Positions 54,324 to 61,224 of a stretch of DNA of 61,224 nt are shown here, one piece after another. The notes under the pieces are model-generated. The model ran no database searches and was not told the DNA's origin. It worked only from the letters and a program-made list of their open reading frames with translations. The position numbers were made by a program, and so were the translations under genes. Source of the stretch: Candidatus Kaiserbacteria bacterium CG10_big_fil_rev_8_21_14_0_10_45_20 (GTDB lineage Bacteria; Patescibacteriota; Minisyncoccia; Phycocordibacterales; Phycocordibacteraceae); contig PFBH01000001.1 in NCBI GenBank assembly GCA_002773335.1, forward strand, positions 1 through 61,224, written 5' to 3'. How positions within the stretch are numbered: position 1 is the stretch's first letter; each line of letters begins with the position of its first letter.

Positions 54324-56189
54324 TTAAGAGAGCGTTGCCTTAATTCTCCGAACACCCTGAGAAGAGGCTTCTTCTTTCACTATCTTAAATGTTCCCATAC
54401 TTTTTGTGTTTTGCACGTGCGGTCCTCCACAGAGCTCTTGCGAGTACACTGTCCCATCGTCCCCTTTCACGACATACACATTTACAATATCGGGATACTT
54501 TTCCCAAAAGCTTCCCTCTACCCCCTTTTCTTTCGCCTCTTCTTTTGGCATCTGCTCTACCGTGACGGTGCTGTTTTTTGTAATCGCTTCATTTACATAC
54601 GCCTCAACTTTATCTAAAACTTCGCGAGAAACTTTTTCAGTATGGGTAAAATCAAAACGGGTACGCTCTGCGGTTATGTTTGAACCTGCTTGGTGCACGT
54701 GGTCTCCAAGGTGCTTCCGCAATCCCGCCAGCATAAGGTGTGTTGCCGTATGGAGTGCTGTCGTCTTTTCGCTACTGTCGGCAAGACCGCCCTTAAACTT
54801 TTGCTCTGCCCCCGACTTGGATTGCGCCCGGTGCTCTCTAAATGCACTGTCGAACGCATCTCGGTCAATAGAGAGACCCTTTTCAGAGGCAAGCTCTTCA
54901 GTCATCTCAATCGGAAAGCCGTAGGTTGAAAATAAAATAAAAGCATCTTCTCCGGAAACGTCTCCTCGATCTGCTATTTTTTTAAACTCTTTCATTCCTG
55001 ACTCAAGCGTCTTTCTAAAACGACCCTCTTCTTCTTCAATAACGGTCTCAATATGCGTACGCTTAGCAGAAAGCTCGGGGTACTGCTCTTGGTACGCGTC
55101 AATAACCTGTTCTGCGAGCAAAGAGAGTGGGATGGTAGCCTCAAGAACATCCATATGTTGCACCGCTCGCCTAATAAGGCGCCTCAAAATGTACCCCTGC
55201 TCGGTGTTTGCGGGGGTAACGTTGTCGGCAATCATAAACGTGGCTCCACGGATATGGTCCGTTACAATTCTGAATGATTTTTGATACCGCGCGTCCCCAT
55301 AATCTTTCCCCGATTCAGAAGCAAGTCGAACAATAATCGCCTGCATCGTATCTATAAGAAAGATGTCTGCAACACCTTTTACCGCCATAGCGATTCGCTC
55401 TATACCGCCACCAAAATCAACATTTGGCTTCGGTAGTAACTCAAAGCCGTCTCTCTTTTTTACATACTGCATAAAAACGTTATTGCCAATTTCAACAAAA
55501 CGACCACAGTCACAGTTCACGTGGCATACTGAATCTTTCCAAAGTGATTGCTCGTGCAATTTTAACTCTGCGCCAAAATCGTAAAACATTTCGGTATCAG
55601 GGCCTCCGGGTTCGCCTTCGGGCATCTGCTGAGGCTCTCCCACACGGCTCCACCAATTTTTTTTGTCGCCATAGTAAAAGATTCTCTCACCTTCTTGCAT
55701 TCCATCGGCCTCTGGATTCTCTCCAATAAGAGCAGTCACTCCTATTTCTGCGTACAGAGACTGCCACAGCGTTGCAGAGTCGGTGTCTCGGGGGATACTG
55801 AGTGCATCGTTCCCCTTGTAACAGGTAAAGTAGAGACGTGTGGGGTCAATGCCAAGCTCTTTGGTTAAAAATTCAAACATCCACGATATCTGTTCGTTTT
55901 TAAAGTATTCACCAAAAGACCAGTTGCCGAGCATTTCAAAAAAGGTTGTGTGGCGATTATCACCGACCTCTTCTATATCCTGAGCCCGAAACGCTTTCTG
56001 CGCGTCGGCAATCCGTGTTCCCTGAGGGTGAGACTCTCCTAAAAAGTACGGGAGCATCGGTTGCATACCGCTTCCGGTAAAGAGGGTTGTCGGGTCATTA
56101 TCCGGAACCAGTGAAGTTGAGGGGACAATTGTATGCCCCTTTTCTCTAAAAAAGTCAAAATACTTCTTGCGAATATCGGCTACATACAT
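54324..56189 (-). CDS. alaS: alanyl-tRNA synthetase, short form lacking the C-Ala domain
   Basis: FFREKGHTIVPSTSLVP start and editing-domain motifs HTATHLM and CGGPHV. 621 aa. Confidence 0.9.
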   Translation of the reverse strand: MYVADIRKKYFDFFREKGHTIVPSTSLVPDNDPTTLFTGSGMQPMLPYFLGESHPQGTRIADAQKAFRAQDIEEVGDNRHTTFFEMLGNWSFGEYFKNEQISWMFEFLTKELGIDPTRLYFTCYKGNDALSIPRDTDSATLWQSLYAEIGVTALIGENPEADGMQEGERIFYYGDKKNWWSRVGEPQQMPEGEPGGPDTEMFYDFGAELKLHEQSLWKDSVCHVNCDCGRFVEIGNNVFMQYVKKRDGFELLPKPNVDFGGGIERIAMAVKGVADIFLIDTMQAIIVRLASESGKDYGDARYQKSFRIVTDHIRGATFMIADNVTPANTEQGYILRRLIRRAVQHMDVLEATIPLSLLAEQVIDAYQEQYPELSAKRTHIETVIEEEEGRFRKTLESGMKEFKKIADRGDVSGEDAFILFSTYGFPIEMTEELASEKGLSIDRDAFDSAFREHRAQSKSGAEQKFKGGLADSSEKTTALHTATHLMLAGLRKHLGDHVHQAGSNITAERTRFDFTHTEKVSREVLDKVEAYVNEAITKNSTVTVEQMPKEEAKEKGVEGSFWEKYPDIVNVYVVKGDDGTVYSQELCGGPHVQNTKSMGTFKIVKEEASSQGVRRIKATLS

Positions 56190-56253
56190 ACCTGCTTATC
56201 GTATCATAGGGCACGTATTGGTTAATAGAGCTCTGCCTGTTACAATTCTTCCA

Positions 56254-58224
56254 ATGAAAACGAAACGGCTCGTTGCCTTTGATACGACACTCATAGATCA
56301 AACCGTTCGCCCGCAAGACGATTTTTTTCATTTTGCTTGTGGTGGGTGGTTAAAGAAAAACCCAGTTCCTGAATCAGAAGCAAGCTGGGGTACTTTTTAT
56401 AAACTGCGTGACCAGGTTCTTAAACAAACAAAAAAAATCCTTGAAGACATTAACGCAAAAAAGAGCGTTCTTTCAGGAAGCGAAGCATCTCTCATACAAG
56501 TCCTCTATCGATCCGGAATGGATATAAAAAGAAGAAACAGAGAAGGGCTAACTCCTATTAAAGAAACGCTTGAAAAAATTGATTCTATTGCCACCGTAAG
56601 CGATGTGCGAGACTTTCTCGTACAAAGCGAAAAAGATGGCTCGGGTATTCTGTGGAGCTTTTTTGTTGCAGAAGACGAAAAAGACAGTGAACGTTACATT
56701 ACGTACCTTGCTCAAGGGGGGTTAACGCTTCCCGAGCGCGATTTTTATTTGGCAAAAGATGCTCGTTCACAAAAAATACAGGTAGCCTATACAAAGTATA
56801 TTCAAAAAATATTACAAGAGCTTGGGGATACGCAAACTGAAAGTAAGAATGCTGCAAAGAAAATTCTTGCACTTGAAACAAAGATTGCAAAAGTATCGAT
56901 GGATAAGGTAAGGCGTCGAGATGTTGAGAATATTTACAACAAAAAAACCGTCTCGGCATTAACGGCGCTTGCTCCCAAAACCAATTGGAAGCGCTATATG
57001 AAAGAGATTGGATTAGAGAACGTAAAGAGTGTGGTGGTAATGCAACCCGAATTTATTAAAAAGGTTGATCTGCTCATAGAGCAAACTCCCGTGGAAACGT
57101 GGAAGCAGTATCTTCGGTTCAGCACATTAGATGATGCCGCGCCATACCTTACACAGACACTCAGTGCAATTAACTTCAATTTCTTTGGCAGAGTCATCGC
57201 AGGCCACCAACGTCCAAAACCAGAGTGGAAGCGTGTGTTGGCAACTATTAACGCAACGATTGGCTACGCAGTAGGAAAGGAGTATGTAAAGAGATATTTC
57301 TCTCCGCAAGCAAAAAAGAAAATAAACGAGTTGGTTGACTACCTCTTTATCGCCTACGAGCATCGCATAAAAGAAATTGATTGGATGTCTCCTGCAACAA
57401 AGAAAAAGGCTCTTATAAAGCTTTCTCAAATGGAGCGCAAATTAGGATACCCAGACAAGTGGGAGTCTTACAAGGGGTTACGACTTTCAGAAAAATCACC
57501 GTACTTTACCAATATTGTGACTTCGGTCAAATTTGAGCAAAAAAAACTGTTTAAAAAACTTGGGAAAAAGGTAGATAGAAAAGAGTGGTTTATGCCACCG
57601 CAAACCGTAAACGCGTATTACAACGCAAATCAAAATGAGATTGTGTTTTCCGCTGCTATTTTGCAGCCTCCATTCTTTTACCCAGAACTGGATGACGCGG
57701 TAAATTTTGGGGCGATGGGTTCAGTCATTGGTCACGAAATAACGCACGGCTTTGATGACCAAGGTTCAAAATTTGACGGTAAGGGAAACTTTAAAAACTG
57801 GTGGACAAAACAAGACAAAGAGAGGTTCACAAAAAAAGCAAACGTTCTGGTAAAACAGTTTAATCAATATAAAGTTGGAGACCTTTCAGTCAATGGAAAA
57901 TTAACATTGGGCGAAAATATTGCAGACTTGGGTGGGCTTGCTATCGCGTACGATGCGTATATGCACTACCTTAAAACACACCCTTCAAAAACAATTAAGG
58001 GTTACACTCCTCAACAAAGGTTCTTTATGGGCTTAGCGCTTTTTGAGTGCGCGCACGCCCGAGCAGAGTGGGCGCGAACACTGGTGCTTATAGACCCACA
58101 CTCACCAAGTATCACCCGTGTCAATGGACCGATGTCAAACTTACAAGAGTTTTATGACGCCTTTAACGTACAGAAGGGAGACGCACTGTACCGCCCACCA
58201 CATCAGCGCGCCAAAATCTGGTGA
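56254..58224 (+). CDS. M13-family zinc metallopeptidase (PepO/neprilysin-like)
   Basis: HEITHGFDD, ENIADLGG and NAYY motifs. The ATG at 56254 avoids an overlap with the divergent alaS. Confidence 0.85.
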   Translation: MKTKRLVAFDTTLIDQTVRPQDDFFHFACGGWLKKNPVPESEASWGTFYKLRDQVLKQTKKILEDINAKKSVLSGSEASLIQVLYRSGMDIKRRNREGLTPIKETLEKIDSIATVSDVRDFLVQSEKDGSGILWSFFVAEDEKDSERYITYLAQGGLTLPERDFYLAKDARSQKIQVAYTKYIQKILQELGDTQTESKNAAKKILALETKIAKVSMDKVRRRDVENIYNKKTVSALTALAPKTNWKRYMKEIGLENVKSVVVMQPEFIKKVDLLIEQTPVETWKQYLRFSTLDDAAPYLTQTLSAINFNFFGRVIAGHQRPKPEWKRVLATINATIGYAVGKEYVKRYFSPQAKKKINELVDYLFIAYEHRIKEIDWMSPATKKKALIKLSQMERKLGYPDKWESYKGLRLSEKSPYFTNIVTSVKFEQKKLFKKLGKKVDRKEWFMPPQTVNAYYNANQNEIVFSAAILQPPFFYPELDDAVNFGAMGSVIGHEITHGFDDQGSKFDGKGNFKNWWTKQDKERFTKKANVLVKQFNQYKVGDLSVNGKLTLGENIADLGGLAIAYDAYMHYLKTHPSKTIKGYTPQQRFFMGLALFECAHARAEWARTLVLIDPHSPSITRVNGPMSNLQEFYDAFNVQKGDALYRPPHQRAKIW

Positions 58225-58294
58225 CACTCTAGGTTGCTAGCCAAACAGGAAGTTGGGCTTTTAACTTCACTATTTCCCACCTTCCTCTTTTTCC

Positions 58295-58720
58295 CTATTT
58301 CAACGCAATCAAAATAGCACCACTCGCCATAAGTACAGCCCCCACAATATTTCCCCACGAAAATCCTTCCGCCAAGAAAAATCCGGCAAAAATCACCACG
58401 AAAACAATGGCGAGTTTATCAATGGCCACAATAGTTGAAGTAGTCCCCCCTTGAATTGCAGAAAAATAGAAAAGCCACGAAAGCGCTCCGGCAATACCAG
58501 AGAGTGCAATAAAGAGCCAAGCCTTGTTTGAGATAGCCCCTAATCCTTCTAAACTCATCTTACCCAATAGAAGCGTTACCGCTACTAAAAACACTGCCAT
58601 AATAATCCCCCGTACGGTGGTTGCTAGCGTCGAATCAACGCTCTCTAATCCAATTTTTCCAAAAATGGCGACAAGCGCCGCAAAACCAGCAGAGAGAAAG
58701 GCAAAAATGATAGGCAACAT
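58295..58720 (-). CDS. EamA-like small transporter (single EamA domain, 141 aa)
   Basis: Five TM helices and a Gly/Ala-rich EamA pattern. Confidence 0.6.
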   Translation of the reverse strand: MLPIIFAFLSAGFAALVAIFGKIGLESVDSTLATTVRGIIMAVFLVAVTLLLGKMSLEGLGAISNKAWLFIALSGIAGALSWLFYFSAIQGGTTSTIVAIDKLAIVFVVIFAGFFLAEGFSWGNIVGAVLMASGAILIALK

Positions 58721-58819
58721 GCAAAATAGTTATTAGTGCTTAGGTGTTAATTATTAATGAAGACAATGGCTAGGACGGTCTATTCATTATAAAGTATAAG
58801 AATGACACAGGAGGTAGAT

Positions 58820-59473
58820 ATGCCGGTTGCGTGGAAAGTGCTTCTGCAAGAAGAATTTGAAAAACCGTACTTTCAGCAACTAAGCGAACGAGTACGAAAC
58901 GAATATTTAGAGAAAACGGTATTCCCCCACCCCACAAATATATTTCGTGCGTTTGAAATAAAAGAACCAAGGGCTGTGAAGGTAGTTATTTTAGGTCAAG
59001 ACCCATACCACACTCCGGGTGTTGCTGACGGACTCGCTTTCTCAACACTGCCTCAAAACACTATTCCTCCATCACTTCAAAATATATTTAAAGAAATTGA
59101 AAATGAGTTTGGTGTTGCGTGTAACAAAAATCCCGACCTAACACGCTTTGCAACCCAAGGGGTGCTGTTGCTCAACGCTTCGCTCTCAGTTCGTTCAGGA
59201 GAGGCAAACTCTCACAGCGAATACGGGTGGCATACATTTACCGACGCGATCATTAGCGCGCTGTCTAAACGACACGAACACATTGTTTTCTTACTCTGGG
59301 GTTCATTTGCCGGCAAAAAAGAGGTTCTTATCGATTCAAGTAAACACCTCATTTTAAAATCACCGCACCCATCACCTCTTTCAGCGTACCGTGGCTTTTT
59401 TGGAAACAATCACTTTACATTGGCAAACGAATACTTAAAGAAACACGGAAGAACTGAGATTAATTGGAGATGA
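58820..59473 (+). CDS. ung: uracil-DNA glycosylase, family 1
   Basis: GQDPYH and HPSPLS motifs. The ATG at 58820 follows an AGGAGG SD. Confidence 0.9.
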   Translation: MPVAWKVLLQEEFEKPYFQQLSERVRNEYLEKTVFPHPTNIFRAFEIKEPRAVKVVILGQDPYHTPGVADGLAFSTLPQNTIPPSLQNIFKEIENEFGVACNKNPDLTRFATQGVLLLNASLSVRSGEANSHSEYGWHTFTDAIISALSKRHEHIVFLLWGSFAGKKEVLIDSSKHLILKSPHPSPLSAYRGFFGNNHFTLANEYLKKHGRTEINWR

Positions 59474-59524
59474 TTTTACATATTGAAACAATGCGATACT
59501 TTGTACTCTTTTCCCGAGTAGTAC

Positions 59525-59992
59525 CTATTTAACTTTCTTATACGTACCCATAAGTGTTGCCTCTTCAAGAATATGCCCCTGCATCGCATCCTGAACTTCT
59601 TCCTTTGAAACACCTTCAGGCAGGTTGAGTGTCGTATCAAGTGCGTACAGTGTAAAGAAGTAACGATGCTCTGATGGTTCATATTCAGAAGGTGGGCACG
59701 GTCCAGTGTACAGGGATTCATCTCGTGTGTTTTTACCACACACACCAACGTTGGTACCCTCTTCCAAAAAAGTCGAGGTTGGTGGAATATTATACAAAAC
59801 CCAATGAGTGAAATGTCCGTCTTCTCGTACCTCCTTCGGTACATCCGGGTCATCCATAAACAGTACAAACGACTGTGTACCATCGGGGATGTGGCTAAAC
59901 GTTAGGGGTGGCGAAAGCCGTCTACCTCCTTCACATGTGTATATGCTTGGAATAATCCCTCCATCTGTAAATGCTGTACTGAAAATATTCAT
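59525..59992 (-). CDS. YbhB/YbcL (PEBP) family protein
   Basis: DDPDVP...HWVLYNIP pattern. Confidence 0.75.
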   Translation of the reverse strand: MNIFSTAFTDGGIIPSIYTCEGGRRLSPPLTFSHIPDGTQSFVLFMDDPDVPKEVREDGHFTHWVLYNIPPTSTFLEEGTNVGVCGKNTRDESLYTGPCPPSEYEPSEHRYFFTLYALDTTLNLPEGVSKEEVQDAMQGHILEEATLMGTYKKVK

Positions 59993-60711
59993 TCTGCTAC
60001 ACCTCTTACGTTAATATTCTTTAAAAATTCGTCAAGCTCCTCTCCTTTCACTTCACGAAATGTTCCCGACGTAAGGTCATCAAGTTCAATGTTTGCAATA
60101 CGAAACCGTTTCAATGTGGTTACCGTATAGCCAAACGCACTACACATACGCCTGATTTGCCTGTTTTTTCCCTCCGTAATAACGATATCAAAGGTTCGCT
60201 TGCTGGTACGCCGTACCAGCGCCGGCTTGGTAACGTAGTGTTTTACATTGTTTACCCCTCCAATATCAACGCCCGACTGAAGACGTTTCAGAAACAAATG
60301 AGTAATGTCTTTATCAACTGTTACCGCGTACTCTTTTTCAATTCCTGCCTCCGGCTTTAAAAGTGCGGTCGTTACCCTCCCATCATTAGAGAGGAGCAGT
60401 AATCCCTCAGAGTCTTTATCCAAGCGCCCCAGCGGGTACACCTTTTCAGGAAAGCGAGTAATATCCTTAACCTCTTTTTCTCCCTCTTGGGCGTTTACCG
60501 TAACAACCCCGACTGGCTTGTAATACGCAAAGTATGCACGATTCCCCTTTTCAACTGAAATGACCTCAACGCGATCATTTTCTTCAACTTTATCTCCCAG
60601 TACTGCTTTTTTTCCATTAATAAAAACGAGCCCTCGCTCAATCAACGTATCTGCCTCTCGTCGAGAGGCGTACTGCCGATCTGCTAAATATTTATTAATA
60701 CGCATATGCAT
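59989..60711 (-). CDS. S4-domain pseudouridine synthase (RsuA/RluB family)
   Basis: S4 N-terminus (RINKYLA...SRREA) and catalytic GRLDKDSEGLLLLSNDG. Confidence 0.85.
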   Translation of the reverse strand: MHMRINKYLADRQYASRREADTLIERGLVFINGKKAVLGDKVEENDRVEVISVEKGNRAYFAYYKPVGVVTVNAQEGEKEVKDITRFPEKVYPLGRLDKDSEGLLLLSNDGRVTTALLKPEAGIEKEYAVTVDKDITHLFLKRLQSGVDIGGVNNVKHYVTKPALVRRTSKRTFDIVITEGKNRQIRRMCSAFGYTVTTLKRFRIANIELDDLTSGTFREVKGEELDEFLKNINVRGVAE

Positions 60712-60987
60712 TTATACAGCAACACCTTCCTCTCTTAAGAGTTTCTTTTTCTTGCCCTTGAGTCCGTTATACCCTCCTATACCTACCTTAGCAACAACAC
60801 GGTGACACGGAACGCTTTTGTCTGTGTTTGTTCGCATAATCGCCCCCACCGCGCGTGCCGCTTTCGCGTGCCCGGCTCTTAAGGCAACCTCGCCGTACGT
60901 TAACGTCTCTCCACGCGGAATTGCTTTTACCACACTGACAACCCGTTCACGAAACGTGCCCTTTTTATTCAAACAGTGTTTTCTCAT
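60712..60987 (-). CDS. ogt: MGMT-family methylated-DNA-protein-cysteine methyltransferase domain protein
   Basis: The PCHRVV active-site motif is retained. 91 aa, single domain. Confidence 0.75.
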   Translation of the reverse strand: MRKHCLNKKGTFRERVVSVVKAIPRGETLTYGEVALRAGHAKAARAVGAIMRTNTDKSVPCHRVVAKVGIGGYNGLKGKKKKLLREEGVAV

Positions 60988-61222
60988 TTCTTTTCTTTAG
61001 CGTTGCTTCTGTAGTCTCTTGTTTTACTTTTTGCTCTGTTGCAACACCGGCACCATTATTATGCATAATTTTTAACGCCTTTCCCGCCGCCTCGCGGTAT
61101 GGGCAGTAGTCACATTTCTCTCCAATCGGAGGAATGACATCTGAATCAAGGCACGATTTTATTTCAAACAGTTTTTCATCAATCCAATCAGCCTTGCCTG
61201 TATATGGGATTATTTTTATTTC
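60965..61222 (-). CDS. partial CDS (C-terminal about 85 aa), PD-(D/E)XK/Cas4-like nuclease tail
   Basis: Hand translation runs open to the window edge. It ends ...SCLDSDVIPPIGEKCDYCPYREAAGKAL..., which looks like C-terminal cluster cysteines. The 5' part lies outside the window. Confidence 0.35.
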   Translation of the reverse strand, partial: EIKIIPYTGKADWIDEKLFEIKSCLDSDVIPPIGEKCDYCPYREAAGKALKIMHNNGAGVATEQKVKQETTEATLKKRNEKTLFE

Positions 61223-61224
61223 AA

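Overview
61.2 kb of a compact, gene-dense bacterial chromosome read in the standard code. About 75 ORFs are supportable, mostly on the - strand. The small proteins, trimmed aminoacyl-tRNA synthetases and lack of biosynthetic operons suggest a reduced-genome, possibly Patescibacteria/CPR-like organism (inference only). Product calls rest on motifs read by eye, since no searches were possible.

Coding content is mainly housekeeping:
- Ribosomal block: infA-rpmJ-rpsM-rpsK-rpsD-rpoA-rplQ-rplM-rpsI, plus rplU, rplI and rpmA elsewhere.
- Chaperones: grpE-dnaK-dnaJ.
- Cell wall and division: mraY, ftsW, murG, a D,D-carboxypeptidase, scpA and scpB.
- Synthetases: gltX, aspS, trpS, alaS.
- Replication and repair: dnaB, recR, rmuC, ung, ogt.
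- Other: class II ribonucleotide reductase with a PduO-type adenosyltransferase, an AniA-like copper nitrite reductase, several proteases, and one tRNA-Glu(CUC).

I found no rRNA, CRISPR array, cas gene, transposase, integrase or recognisable defence system.

The unusual signals are mostly non-coding:
1. The tRNA-Glu locus carries partial copies of the tRNA ends. They enclose a 147-nt candidate RNA closed by an acceptor/T-stem mimic.
2. A mosaic family of dispersed intergenic repeats is built from bidirectional stop words (TTAG/CTAA, TTAGG/CCTAA) and bracketed by inverted TTAGTGCTTAG arms. One copy sits in the dcw cluster where murD normally lies.
3. A promoter/operator cassette is duplicated in front of nrdJ and of the arsR-nirK unit.
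4. An RNase III-like gene is frameshifted.

The main coding oddity is an acyl-ACP-reductase-like gene plus an acyltransferase, followed by a 7TM histidine kinase, all packed directly behind dnaJ. None of these amounts to a demonstrated new system; they are leads to test.
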